DNA of 64,000 nt from Selaginella moellendorffii (lineage: Eukaryota > Plantae > Lycopodiophyta): positions 331,102 to 395,101 of the forward strand of contig NW_003314285.1 in the NCBI RefSeq assembly GCF_000143415.4. The letters run 5' to 3'. The notes beneath the pieces were generated by a model, which was given only the letters and a program-made list of their open reading frames with translations, ran no database searches and was not told the DNA's origin. Positions 13,470 through 27,254 of the stretch are shown piece by piece; position 1 is the stretch's first letter, and every line of letters starts with the position of its first letter. The position numbers and the translations under genes were made by a program.

Positions 13470-14751
13470 TTAAACACAACTCGAGCCGGTGTATTTTGAC
13501 AAGCTTTTTGTTTTGTGATGGAATAAGTCGTATCCATTTCATGTGGTGAAAGTCGGCAATGGCACACAAGTTCAAACATTTCACCCTCGAAAGAACCATA
13601 TCTCACAACCTCCAAATATCACAAGAGATGATCAAGCTTGTCATGATGCAAAAAAAAGTCAAGTACCGCTCAAATGCATCCTGTGACTTTGGACAAGTTT
13701 TTCTTGGTGGAGTGTTTTCACTCCCTTTCCGCCACCAAAGCATGCCTGTTACAATTTTTCTTTGCTGGCTAATGCCTCCACAGCACAAAAACCTTGTGAA
13801 TAAGACATTAGAACTTTCGAGGAGAAAGCCCCCTTCTCCTAAGTGCATTCTGCAATTAGTAAATGAGAAAGAGTTTGCCAGCAAAACAAATGCAGACTTA
13901 GATACTCTTTATTATCTTCACCTAAAGAGGAAGTACTTTTGAGACTAAAGTTGATAGAAAAATATAATACTTCATTTAGATATTTTCTTATAGTTTATTT
14001 CTACATTATTTAAAATATCACAAACTCTTATAAAAAATAAATAAGAGAAAATTAATTTTTCATATTAAATATAGTTAGCCCAACACAGAATAATAATATT
14101 TTAGAACTTAATACAGACTTAAAATAAAATTTAACATGTATTTAATAACAATTCATCTTTTTTGCTATACTAAGTGGTGTAATTATTATTATATTATATA
14201 AATGTGACTATTTTTAAAAAATGTAAAGTAAATTATTATTACTGTAAATATATAATCAAAATATATAATCCTTTTTGTCTGTCTAAAATTAGATTTTTAT
14301 AATATTAGTATTAAAAACACTAATAAAAATTAGTCAAAATAATAATCAAAGATAAAAAACTATAGTTTGAAATCATATACTATCAATTTTAGATTAGTTT
14401 GTTACAAGGGTAACATCTAGATATTAGAACGGTCCTAATGCATCCACCATCTCAATGCTATACTTAGTATGCATAACAAAAGTTTAATGTTATTTTAACA
14501 TATTGGTGGTCTAACTTGAGGATATAAATACTTTATCAGCTAGCATGGTATGGACTTTGGGCTTAGGCCCAAGCTAAATGCAAAACAAAAACAAACATAC
14601 AAGTGTAAAGTAAAATTATGTCAAGTGTAAAGTAAAATTGGTCAACCATACCCAACATATCCATTATATTTCCTTCTAATAGTCTTTGTGTTATAGTGGT
14701 TGACTGAGTCAAAAAGAAGTATACTAATTTCTTTGAATTTAACATATTATT

Positions 14752-14827
14752 TGTTGCGAATGTGACTTCGGGTATTGAAAGTTACCTGTCGGCCAATCCT
14801 TACAGACACTCTTTCCTTACTGCCACG
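14752..14827 (+). mobile_element. 75-bp terminal stub of a family A LTR at the inner edge of the duplication
   Basis: TGTTGCGAATGTGACTTCGGG...TACTGCCACG is the reverse complement of the LTR end at ~36241-36316. Confidence 0.85.
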
Positions 14828-16032
14828 GGGGATGGTCTAAAGTTGAGTTGAGCTCAATTCAACACAAGTCAACTCAATTCAACATAGTCAATAAGAAGTA
14901 TTACAAAGGAGATCTAAATTGAACAAATGAAGGTTCTAGCAAAATTTAAAATATTAAAATACTTAAATATCTAAGTTAAAAGTTTTTATAAGATTGAATT
15001 GTTTAAAAAAGACAAAGTTCATGAGAACCTATCTTTTATAAAACTATATTATTTTATTATGACAACTATTACAGCTGTTATATTTGATTTGACTACTTAA
15101 TATTTTGAATATTTTTACAGCTGTATATACTATTCCTTCATTCAAAAGATTTTTTAGGGTTCTTGAGAAGATGGGAAGCAAGGAATATACAAAATCTGTG
15201 AGTAAGAGTTGTAGTGCAAAGGAATGTGAGAATGTTAATTTTGTTTCATTACCACAATCTCTATATTACACACCTAGTCCTTATTACCTATTTGGGAATG
15301 TGGAGACCACTATCACGATTGATAAAAATGCTCCTATTACTTTTGAAACAACAATCCAAAGCAATAGAAATGAAGAAATGAACAGCACGGTGGAAAGCAC
15401 TAAGAAATCTACTCCATAAAACTTTCCATGACATTTGTAATTTACATATTAATTCATATTAAAAACTTTGTTGCTTGCCTATATCGCAATCCTCTCATAT
15501 GATAAGACCAAGGTATATTTTGCAATGAATCCTCATTAAAAGTTTTCGGGAATTGTTTGTAAATAATGATAAAAGAAATCAAAATCTTTTGAAAAACTCA
15601 AAAGTAATATCACATCAAAGAATCAACTTTATCTACATTTCCAAGACTAAAAGGTAATCTCACATGAGAGAATAGTAACATGCCAACGTGCTCTGCCACT
15701 ATAATATGGTCTATATTTCCTTGCAGTTTATTTCCCTAGACATTTGGCATGTGTAGAAAAGAATATATATGTAGCAAAGTAGGATTCATCATAATGATAG
15801 AGCATGTGTATACACGATAATCTAAAATTCTAGAAGCTCTTATGTTTACAAGAAAGCTATGATTATGAAGCCCCATTTCCAAGACTAACATTTAAAGAAT
15901 CTAAGTATTGTCAGTGTCATAATAAATTAACCTCATTCCCAAGACTAAAACTTAGTATATAAACTATTTTAAAAAGTTATAGTCATTGTAGATTTTTTGT
16001 TCTCCTTGAGCTCCTTAGAAGTTTATATTGAA

Positions 16033-16578
16033 ATGGCTCAAAGGAGAGTCATTACTACTCGTACTTGGCCCCCTAGCATTTCATATCAATCTCCACCTCC
16101 ATCCTCAAGTTTTACTAACATTCCATCTTCACCTCCATATAACAATTCTTTTTCTACTGAGGGCTCTAGTGAAGCTGAACTAGAGCTCCCTATATGTGAA
16201 ATTCCAGATCTTGCTACTAGAGAGGGATTGTTTCCAGTGCTTCAAGAGCAATGCCACATGTTTTTGCAAGATTTTGCTCCTGACATGGCAAGACTACTTG
16301 AAAGAACAGAACTCTATTACATTTGGTGTCTAATATACTACTTTCTCTTGGACAAGACAAATGGCTCTATGGGTTTACAAACTTTTCTTGAGCACTATAG
16401 GAATTGCCCAACGGCAGGTCTAGAAAATGTGCACGTGTGAATGTACAATAGATTCAAGAATGAGTTATGGACACATACCCATTATCGCTTCATAGTGAGG
16501 AACAACATCCCCTTGAGAAACATTACATTGGCTAGTGCAAAATATGGGGTTTTTAAGCCACCCTACAATGGAATGTAA
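16033..16578 (+). pseudogene. Unknown protein-like reading frame inside the MULE-like element
   Basis: MAQRRVITTRTWPP...ENVHV*MYNRFKNELWTH...GM*: the frame continues past one TGA. No family recognised. Confidence 0.35.
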
Positions 16579-17058
16579 GATCTAAAATTACTTTACTATA
16601 CTATAGTATTGTCACTATTAAAAGAAAAAATATAATAAAATGATATTAGTTGTAGGTAACATACCTTGTTCTAGAAGGTGCTATCATATCACATATAATT
16701 GTTTACAAAATGTTGAAGGAGGAGATGGCAACACACAAGCGCTACAAAGTGATGGTGACAGGTGAGAATGATAATCTGCAATTATGGTATCTGACACTGA
16801 CACTGACATCTAACATATAGCAAGCTTTCCATTTTATATAAGGATGCAATTAACTTTTTTCTGCCTTATCATCAACATAATGATTTCTTTTATACTTTCT
16901 CCTATATTGGTATTGTAGGGAAAATTCACCTTGCATATGTTGAGCCATAGCTTCTGCATAGTCAAGGAGACTTCCAAAGCCTCCAATTCTAGAAACTCTA
17001 GGTGACTGTGATCTATAAAATAGAATGGAACATATATTGAAATTTTAATAAACATAAT

Positions 17059-20000
17059 TTACCTCCTTGAGGTTGAAGGCAACTCACAAAATCCTCTAAG
17101 CTGGCGTTTGAAGAAATGATATTTTTCAATAGCAAACACCAACCTACCAGAGTCACATGCTACTTCCACCATAGAACCGCTACCTACTGTGCAATCAATC
17201 ACAACACCATCTGGTGGGCAATAGAGCTCAAGCAAGACTTGCATTGCCGATAGAGTTCGGAATCGGTACCCTGGAAACGTGTTGCGGATCTGCTCATCCA
17301 CAAGGTTGGGTATGACGTTAGTGGAACTGTTGTACCCAGGCAAAACACGTGTTGCATGTTCGCTATCACGAAACCCATCATGTGTGTTTCTACAGAGGGC
17401 ATGATAGGTCCACATCATAACCTAGAAAATAAAAATATATAGAAATTAGATAAAAATATAAAATACATACTCACATTTTCAGGCTTCCCTCAGACACCCC
17501 TCGTATCGATGCCAATAGGATCCATGATGCACCCGGAAGAGAATGACTTAAAATGAACTTCTGCTGCGCACGTCATAAGCTCATACATCTAGTTGGGGTC
17601 GTTCGGTAGGATGAAAACGACATGGCCGGCTTTGAGCATAAGTGCTTCAGACAATAGGAATGCATCGCACAAGTGGTCAGGTGTGAGAAAGTTCCAATCC
17701 TCAACTTTCCCATCGATATCTGAAAGACCATCTGGAAAGTCAAAAAGAATGAAGTCCACAATTGAGAGCAAGGGCCTTTGTATCTTTCGACACCAACGGT
17801 TGAATTGGCGCCGTATATCCATGTTGATGTCGTCTTCTGTGAAAGATGTCAACAATCTCCTGTAAGAGCCAATGAAGATACCCACAATGCCTCGTTGTGT
17901 TATTGGGGACATAGAACGGACCTATAAAAGAGCTAAATGAATGAAAATAGCAATAAATAGTATGCTACCATCATATGGCATGTTGTCAATAAGAGTTCCT
18001 CCAACTCTTTTTCACGAGCATCTCATCGAGCTGGAATGAAATTACTACCAACAATCATTGCTGCAAAAAACATGTATTACCACCTTTAGTTTGTAAAATT
18101 CACTTTTGCTTACCTCAAGGTCACCATAATATTTTGTGAACCATTTGATCATTATTATTTACTGGTAGAACTTGATCCGGATCTTGGTTGTTTGATGGTT
18201 GAATTGGAGTTTGTTCCTGGCTGTCTGATAGTGGAACACAAACTTGATCTGGAGCTTCCTCATCCTCATCTCCATCGTCACTTGCATTGCCATCGTTGCT
18301 AGCATTGATAACTTCCTCGCGATCTAGTGTAGAGGTCTCCTTCCCTAAGAGCTCTAACTCCCAAGCGCATTCTATCTTTTGTACCTTTGGAACTCTCACA
18401 AACATTGTTGGGTACATTCTTCTATCCCTTACACCTTTTGCAACAAGTTGAGTGCAAACTAGTGCCTCAAATGGTATGCCTCTATATCGAAGATACCTGT
18501 AAACAATATATAGTAAAAAACAGTCTTAAAAATTATATTATATCTGTAAGCTACATGTCACATGAAATAAGGTTGACCATGTTGGCAATCATAAATTGTT
18601 GTGCTTGTAGACTTCTTTGGCAGCCACCCCTCTTTGATCCCTTCTAATGGCATGTTGATGTAAGTGTCGAAAGACATGAATGTGCCATCTGGATCGTCAC
18701 CAATGTGTGGTGCCAAGAATTTCTCACCTTCACTTATAATTTGTGTGATGTAGACAGCCCTTCTCATCATCTTCTCAAATAGTTCTGGCAGTCCTTTCTC
18801 TCTGTTCATCAAGCAGACATTGAGGAACTCTAGAGTATTTATCTATTGCTTATATGGAAGCTTCAATTTTGCGATATTGTAAATCATGTCATCTGGAGTT
18901 TTGTTCACTGCAAAAGTAACATATGCATAATTAAGAAAAATGAAAGTGTGATAAGAAATTTACACTCATGAGAAGAAATTTCAACTATAGTCTCTAGCCA
19001 CTCCTTCAGCTTGCGATTGTCTGCAATGCATACTAGTTTCTTCAACTTTGAGGACTTTGCATGTTGAATTTTATGCTCAATTTGTACAAACTTAGCTTAG
19101 AGCTCTTCTTGACTCTCCTCTGAATATGCAAGTTCGTAAGCATCTTGCTTGACTTTCACCAAAGGCTAAAAACCAAAAGAATTAAAAGAGGCTTTTATAA
19201 AATAAAAGGGAAAGACATACTTTACACCACACAACGAGCATAAAATTGATTGGGTTGTTAAACAAAATTGTACCGTCATTTCAAGTGTGTGAGTGCTGAA
19301 CAAGTGTTGCGAGATCATCACCATAATGTTGGCAGATGTCATCCTCACTCAAGTCTGCCAAAAATCGAAGTTGCTCAATGTCATGGACAAGGTTTTTTTT
19401 TTGAACTGCAAACTGCCCAAGCCTATATTTAAACACAACAAAACAAGTTAAAGTGGAGTTAGAGGTAAAATTATAAAACTTACGCATTGATCTTTTGGTA
19501 GGCCAAGATAAGTCTATTGACATCCAAAGGTCCCCTCGCGTAGACATGGCCGACTGGAACATTGATATGGTAGACAGGATCATTGCGAAAATGATCGTCG
19601 ATACACTTCATCCAAGCTCCATATCGGTGGTTACCGTCAATAATTTGGAACATTATCCTCGCAAGCTGTTGAGTCTCAGGATGTCTGATAAGCATGTCAT
19701 CAAATTCTATGGACTTCCTCCTCCAAATAGGATCCCAGCTATTCACAATCTTGGGTGTGATGGTAATGATCTTCGTTGTTCCTGGCTTGCAAAAAGAGCC
19801 TAGAAACATACCGATATTTGTTGCAAGGCCATTCTATTTGAACAAGCTGTATATATCCGGATTGACATACTTAAATGCTATGAGGACAAGGTTCGTTTGC
19901 TGCAAATGGCAAAGGGGGATTTCTCTGATCAAGTCACAAGGGCCTAACCACTTGAGCGCCTCAAGTGTTTGGTGAACTGTTTTTTCCCTTATCCGCATAA

Positions 20001-20662
20001 CAGTCTCTTGGAAGCGCTTGTCCACCACGTTGTCAGGAAGGTCTGCAACTCTTTCAGCTCTAGGCTATTCCTCAGGTTCTCTATTGTGAACACCACTAGA
20101 TTGCCCAACTTCAAGGATTTGCGTTGGTGGTGGTGGTGGTGGCTGCTGTTGCCGCCACTGCTGTGCTGCAGAGGCAATAGTGGCAGTGGTGGTGGTGGCG
20201 GTGGCAATGGCAGTGGTGGAGGTGGTGATAGAGGTGGTGGAGGTGGTGATGGCAGAGGTGATGGTGGTGGAGGTGGTGAATCTCTAACTAAATGTGTCTT
20301 TGTTGTGCCAATAGACATGTCGATCGTGATGTCGTTGTTAGTGACTTCTTATGTTTTCTTGGCTCCAACAACCTTTTTATCTGTTACAATTTTCCTTTTC
20401 TGCAAGAGAAAAAATTTTGTTAGTCAAACTAAATAAAGATAATGAGAAATTCAAACAGTCAAAGAGAAAAAAAAATCAAGTGGGCCTAGACTCCACCTCG
20501 GGAACTTTGGTTGCCCAGGGGGCCGAGGTTATTCAAATAACCTCGGCCCCTTGGCCAGCAAAGCTGCCCGAGGTGGCCGGCCCTAAAGAAGCAATCAAGA
20601 AAAAACAAGAAGAAAAAAATGGAAGTGAAAGCAATCAAATTGAAACTCACCCTTGGTGGCAT
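17059..20662 (-). pseudogene. Multi-exon gene: ParB/Srx-like domain plus beta-class N6/N4 DNA methyltransferase-like domain
   Basis: FQIIDGNHRYGAW (ParB-like, ~19620-19650); VDFILFDFPDG (motif IV-like) and LLELYCPPDGVVIDCTVGSGSMVEVACDSGRLVFAIEK (motif I region), in IV-before-I order. Short GT-AG introns, several stops and a frameshift. Confidence 0.8.
20482..20583. repeat. ~100-bp fold-back palindrome (MITE-like)
   Basis: CCACCTCGGG...GGGGCCGAGGTTATT-CAA-ATAACCTCGGCCCC...CCCGAGGTGG. Confidence 0.85.
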
Positions 20663-20694
20663 CTTTCCTTCCTGATTTTTTGATCGTGCTGGAT

Positions 20695-21007
20695 TTCTTA
20701 TGCGCTCAATCTCTCCCGCTCACATGCTCAATCTCTCCCATTCATGCGCTCAATCTCTCCGGCTCGCACGCTCAAACTCTCCCGCTCACGCGCTCAATCT
20801 CTCCCGCTCACGCGCTCAATCGCTCGATCTCCTTCGTGCTCAATCGCTCGATCTCCTTCGTGCTCAATCCCTCGATCTCCTTAGTGCTCGATCCCTCGAT
20901 CTCTCACGCTCGATCTCTTGATCTCTCGCGCGCTCTCAGTGCGAACAATAACCTAATCTTAGCAGCTACCCTAACCCTAATCCTGACGGCTGCCCTAACC
21001 CTAACCA
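20695..21007 (+). repeat. CGCTCAATCTCTCC-type tandem array followed by CCCTAA telomere-like repeats
   Basis: More than 10 degenerate CGCTC(A/G)ATCTC units, then CCCTAACCCTAA twice at ~20969-21007. Confidence 0.8.
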
Positions 21008-22070
21008 ATCTCTCATCCTGGCTGTTCATTCCAAATAACCTAAATCTCAACCATCACAATATCTTTGATATTATTTTATCTTATCATTATTATTATATGT
21101 AAATTATGCTTCTTTATTTTGTATATTTTAATGATGGTATAACTAGCACCTATCAACATTTCTGTTATTAAAGATATGATATTATATTTTACAAATTATC
21201 TAGAAAGGATGCATTCTCATGAATATTTTGTACATATTTTGGAATTGTTAGAGTATAAATAAGGCACGTTAAAATATGTTATACTATATCCATCTATGAA
21301 TGGATGAATCCTCATCCAGAAATTTATTTTGTATTGTATTACATCCTAAACAATAGGCATGTGCTTTAAATGTTATTGAGCAGTGTTCACAATTATGGAT
21401 AAAACTTGAGTTGTACTACAAATCAAATCTATCATTGAAGAATAACATTTGACAAGATTTATTATCATCTACCACTTAAAATTTGACAACTTGACATATC
21501 ACACGTGCTGACAATCAGATTGAATCTCTTGGTTTGACATGCTATAGCAGAATGTCATTACTGGTATCATTATTAACTATCAAACTTCACATGCTGAAAA
21601 TCCTTTCTTAGATCTATGTGTATACATGCATCAGACATCATAATAGATGACAGTAATATTAATACTATCACACTTGCACATGTTAAATTTGCTATAGAAG
21701 TTAAATTCATTTTGTACGTTGTCTTCTTATTGCTCTATTTAAATTTCAATTATGTTTCTCTATGGATTTTTATAAGTAGCATAAAAAGAGAGAACTCCAA
21801 AACCTATTGAGAAGGATGGAGAGGTTTCTTCTTCATTTTTGAGATCACCCACCTCTTTCATTCTTTCAGAGTATTGTTTCTGAAAGTTTTTTATGTTGGC
21901 GTTTTGATCTTCGTCTTGGCTCTATTTCTTTAGAGGCTGTGATTCGCAACGACACCAGTATAGTTGCATACTCAGAGTTTCTTCTTTCTAGTGTGGGCGA
22001 GGGTGGACAACAATGGGATTTACAGAATTCCAAATCGAAGGAGATTCGAGTGTTTGGATCTCTAATCAAA

Positions 22071-25000
22071 ATGCCAAAATACACTCCAGCCAAAGTGAAT
22101 GTGAAGCAAGAGTCAGTCGTTATCCTCTCGTCCTCTTCTAGTTTAAGTGGAGAAGTTATGCTAATGTCGGCGCCGAATTCACCAGCTCCAGCTCCAGCTT
22201 CAACTCCAACTTCAGCAATATTCAAAGCCGTTAGCAATGCTTTCTAGTTTTCATGCCTCTCAATCAATGTGCACTTGTTTTTGTATAGGCTTGTGAGTGA
22301 GCTTCCATCCTCCTACAACGGCAACATTTTCTTCGAGCTACCACCTCTTGTCAGCAGCACAGGTTCCAAACGGAAGGGGATGGAAACCAAGTAGGATGTC
22401 CACAATTGGTGCAAGATCAAGACTACACACTTCCAACATTTTGAAGGCATAGTGTCTATAGTTTATTGTGGCAGGCATTTAGATTGTGTGGATGAAGCAT
22501 GCAATCAAGACCGCTCTAGAAACTCTATATTTTTCGAAGGGTCTATAGTCAATCCTTCAGCCTGTGACACCATTACTGTTGGATTCAAATGTCGATTCTG
22601 CAAAAATGCTCCTCTATGTTGTGCTATCTGCGAGGCCAAAATGTACTACTTTCTTTCACGGGATGGAGTGGCTAAAAGAGCTGCAGTGCATGTTGGCACA
22701 CATATACATCCAATGCAAAAAGGGATACAAAGGAGTTCTCTCAACCATTTCAAAGATGTTGTGCAGGAAGAGACTATGAGAAACTCATCTGTAACTCCGA
22801 AACATGTTCAAAAACCGTCCTCAAGGATTTTATCGCAAACACCTTACTGTAAGCGACTAATTTTTCCATTCTACTTTAGTCACTTAACCACACCTCCGAC
22901 CACTTGAAGGAGTCTCATTCACAACCTCCATCAGTCCAATTCAGGACTTGAGACTTGCTAGCCCCAAGAATGGCATCCATGCCACTCAACACTTGCACCT
23001 GGTCCAAGTGCTCCACGTGTCCGGTCCCAAGACCAACACTCAAAGGTACTACCGATATAGTAGCCTATTACGCTAAGGCCATGCTCAATCACCTTTGCCA
23101 CACTGGTAGTCCAATACCACTTGCATCACAGTCTTGGCTCTCCAAGACTAGGCAAACCATTCGTGAGTGGTCATCTCAGATCCACTCCTTAGCATCCTTA
23201 GGATGCCCACCGATAAGGGGAACAACCTTCCCCAATATCCCTCTGTTAATCCCCACTAAGTCCCTTTCTGCCCCTGGCCGTGTTTGCCAACACTGCCACT
23301 GGATCGAGGCCCACATGCCCGACCACTAAATCCCACGGTCCTCTGGGACTTCCTCTCCCCACGACTGTGTCCTTGGTCACTACCCCAGAGGACTGCTCAT
23401 CTTCCTTTCCACAGTCTGGGCCTTTGGGACAACATTTCGGAACACCGTGGCCTTACGCAAGCCACCTAGGTACTCTCCCCGCCTTCCACCTTTGGGTGCT
23501 CTAGCCATGGGCTTAGAGCGAGGTTCCGTTGAGCCATGCCTGGTATCCAAGTAGGTAGTGCCACCCACACTTGGACTGGGAGCATCGGCCAGTCGATCTC
23601 CCGGGGGAACTAGAGCCAGCTCTTGAACACTTCACCAAGCTACCCCGTTTGTCAGTCCATGTTCACTCTAGTCTTGGACTTCCCAGTGGTCAGCTCATCA
23701 CCCAACACTGGGTTTGCCCTTCCTGGGCCAAACTAGCCTTTCCTGGCCAAACTGGCTCCACTGGGCTCCAACCCCCACACTCCCCCCCCCTCTGGGAGAC
23801 ACACGCTTTGGGCTTTCACCCCTTGACCCGTATTAGTATTTGGACTTAGTCTCTGGCTCGATCTCGAACCCGATTTCGGATCCGACTTCGGATTCGGTCT
23901 CGGACTCGATCTCGGACCCGATCTCGGACCCGACCTCGGACTCGACCTCGGACTCGGTCTCAGACCCGATTTCGGATCTCGGACTCCGTCTCGAACTCGG
24001 TCTCGAACTCGGACTCGAACTCTGTCCCCGAGTCGGTCTCGGACTCGATTCCGGACTCTATCTCGAACTCGGTCCTAGAGTCGGTCTTGGACTCGATCTT
24101 CGACTTGGTCCCATCCGATGAACTCTTTGTCATTTTGGTCATGCTTTTGGGGTTCCTTTAGCCTACGACACCTCGGCGAGTTGGTTCCTTACACCATCTC
24201 GGACTCCATCTCGGGTCCATCTTGGACTCCATCTCGGATCCATCTCGGACTTCATCTCGGACTCTTCCACGTGTCATATGTTGGTCCCTTTGGGTCCCTT
24301 TGTAGAGCCTCGCTTATGGCTCGCTTCGTGCTCATTCCTTGAGCACTTTGTTGGGAGTTTCACTCCCGCTCTCGACCTTTGAAGTCGGAACTTTTAGTCC
24401 AAACGTGTTACGCTCGTTTGGCTTTCGCTTCGGCCACTACCACATGGCACCCTTCCGGCTCCACTTTGGGGCCTAGGGATTTTGTGTCTCACACTTACTC
24501 AATCCAGGTTGCCAAAAGACTCAACTAAACGAGGCTAGCTTGTGGGACTTACTATGAGGAGTACAACCTGCTACGAGCCTAAGGAGGTACATTTGTTATT
24601 TTTCATACGTTATAATAATATTTTTTTCTTACATTATATTGTTTAGGATAAAATCTTGGATGTGTGAATCTCGAGAGGGGAAGTTGCAATAAAAAATTGC
24701 CTCCATCCTTGAATTGAAATAGACCTGTCCATACGAATTCATCCATAGAAGTTTATTTCCAAACTAAGTTATGAATGAGCAAGAGTGCCCTTTCGTCTTC
24801 AAAATGTCTACCATGGGCCCTGCCTCTAGTGTAGATCTTGTCTCCCGAATGGACATGTTTGGGTCTAGTGACCTTGCAAATGCATGGGTACATTTTGACC
24901 ATATGGAGCACGTATCGGGTTGGACAACCATGGGAGCTCATGTGTATGATCCAAGGTAATTTTTATTCTCATTATATTGAAATTGTTATAATATTTGTGT

Positions 25001-26760
25001 TTTCATAGACTACGTTGTAACTTAACAATTGCGACAGTAGAGTTTAAAGTACAAGACCAGACAGCACAGGAAATATTTTGGAAGTCCCTCTCTGATATTG
25101 TCCTAAAGCAGACTGGTAAGCATACAAACTTTCGCAGTTTCATAGCAGATGGGGCTAGTGCAAATTGGAATGGTATCCGAGTAGTTTTTGGGAATGGTCA
25201 GACATTGGAAGGTCATGAGAGGACTTGTGAGTTCCATTGGGCTCAAAGCCTAAACCAGCATTGCCACCTTATCAAGCCAGAGTTTCAATCAATATTTAAG
25301 GAGTTGTGCAAACAATGGCAGGTTGCATCTTTTGAAGAAGAGTATGAGGCAAAAAAAAACAAGATTTGAATATGGTGGTGTGAAGATGCTATACAAACTT
25401 AAGTTGCCTACCACAACTTGAGTCATGGTTAGGATGGTGGGAAGTTAGGATGTTCCAGTGGGGACATCACTCTTTTTAGGTTGGTTTATATTTTTTCTTC
25501 TCCTTTTATTACCTCTTAATATTGCCTTTTCCATTAGGATCAACCATTTGAGGACCTCGCATACACCCCAACTATGAATCTCTCTGAAAGTTGGCATTCC
25601 TCTGAGGCAAGGAAAGGGAAGATGAGTCTATACGAAGCCTGTCTATCAGATTTGATACATGCTATAGAGCAATCTTCAAAAGCATTGGCATTCGAGGAAG
25701 AAAGATACATGGGAACAGGGCCTTCTGTTGAGATGTTACATAATAGGATGAAGAGAAAATTAACTCCACCCGCCCGAACAATGGCAACTACAGTTGAGGA
25801 AGTGGTTCGTGGCACATCTATAGAGTACACTCCCCGAGCTTCTATTGGTGATATGAAGATTGTCCGCTCAAAGTGTCATTTTTCCTTTGCTGGGGAAGAT
25901 GTTGGTACGGACCTTGGAGCGAAAAGCTCTCATAGGCCTAATGTCGAGTACCATTCTGCTCCAAGACATCGCTCTCGGACTGAGCCACCTCAAGTGGCTG
26001 ATGAAGAGAGTGCATCACAATAGGTTGAAATTGCTTACTATAGCATGGAGCCAAAGCAATGGGCAATCCGACGTGTGCCAGCAAAATCGAATGTAAGGTG
26101 TGTGGGGATGCTTCTGAGGGGCAAGTGTTGGGCCTGGATTCGTGGTGACAAATTTGCTTCTGTTCCAGCCCCATGTTTCTATGGGGAACAAAAGCAAGTA
26201 GGATTTTTGAGATGGTGCTAGCTATATTGTTGCAACACTGACACCAACCATATGAAGCGGCTTGAAGACACTATAGTGACTAAACTTGATGTAATACCTA
26301 AAGAATGGCCAGTTGCTAATGGGGTTGCATTCACCTCGGATGAGATTAAAAACCTTGAGAAATCTGGTTTTAATCTTGAGAGGAGAGTTGGAGACATGAG
26401 TGATAGGAGCAGGACTATTTCTACAAAGATGCACAGGAGGCCAGCACAAAAAGGTAAGGCAGATAAATTTATTGGTACCGTCTCCAAGTAGAAGCAAGGT
26501 AAAATAAACTTGGCTCAAACACTTGAGTGTGAGATTCTTTCCACGAAGTACATCACTATACTTGCAAAGGAGTACATAGTCAAAATAGAAGGTGGAGAGT
26601 ACACAATTGCCATTCACAACTTTCCTTCTTGCACATGTCCAGACTTTACGAAGCGCGAGGAACATGGGAAGGCATATGCTCCTTGCAAGCATATGTACTA
26701 CATCTTCATCAACATCTTGCACTAGGATTCTATAGTGGATATTCATATACACTAAGCAAG
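22071..26760 (+). pseudogene. MULE-like transposase (GCM/WRKY-like Zn domain, DDE core, SWIM), interrupted by a solo LTR
   Basis: CRFC...CEAK...VHVGTHIHP; WVHFDH; FIADGASANWNGI; CEFHWAQSL (CxxH); NLSESWHS; FPSCTCPDF...PCKHMYYI (SWIM). Introns and stops present. Confidence 0.85.
22848..24493. mobile_element. Solo LTR, family B (1646 bp), with internal (CTCGGA)n-type hexamer array
   Basis: TG...CA ends and TSD CTTAC. Removing it restores DFIANTLLNPGCQKTQLNEASL, matching the copy at ~3380-3440. Hexamer repeats at ~23850-24270. Confidence 0.9.
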
Positions 26761-27254
26761 GATGTGCAATTGTAATTTGAGTTGAAGGCTAGAGTACATT
26801 GGTTTTGGCCCATAAGGATTTATCAATAGTCTACAACAATATTAAAGTGCTTCATCATCTTTCACATCATCTAGATCCTAGGCATTGAGTGCCTCTATTA
26901 AATAGTTGTTAGAGTGTTTCACCTTTAGACCATCTCACTTGCTTCTTCTCTAGATTGTAGCTTGCATGGGCTCAAAAGGCAAACTAGACTCAAGTGGTAG
27001 GTTAGGCTTAGGAAACAAGCTACACTCATGATAGCTTAAACATATGTTCTAGAGTTAGTCATTGGTAAGTGTGCTAGCTAGAAATGGCATACACTATATT
27101 TATAGATAGTAGCTTACTATAAAAATTTCACACAAACTCTTGAATTGAATCGACACTAATCACAGGCTGATCTCTTAGTGTTCTCTTGCTAGCTTTCTCT
27201 TATCTTGTATATTAAATTTGTGTTCTTAACCTACAGTCTTGACAAGCAAAAGCA

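Larger units (their letters stand above)
14828..26938 (+). mobile_element. ~12-kb MULE-like DNA transposon with cargo genes
   Basis: Candidate termini GGGGATGGTCTAAAGTTGA (14828-) and TCACCTTTAGACCATCTC (-26936) are imperfect inverted repeats enclosing a MULE-type transposase and a divergent ParB-MTase gene. No convincing TSD. Confidence 0.6.

Noticed and set aside
17059-20662. Bacterial contamination or a restriction-modification system
   Set aside because: The gene has GT-AG introns, lies among plant TEs and has no partner nuclease.
23670-23740. Possible 5S C-box remnant in LTR B (TGACCACTGGGAAGTCC on -)
   Set aside because: Only ~17 nt of resemblance and no A-box. Could be chance.
23840-24342. 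SD/LG-repeat protein ORFs (also 63474-63819)
   Set aside because: Artefacts of the hexamer tandem repeat inside LTR family B.
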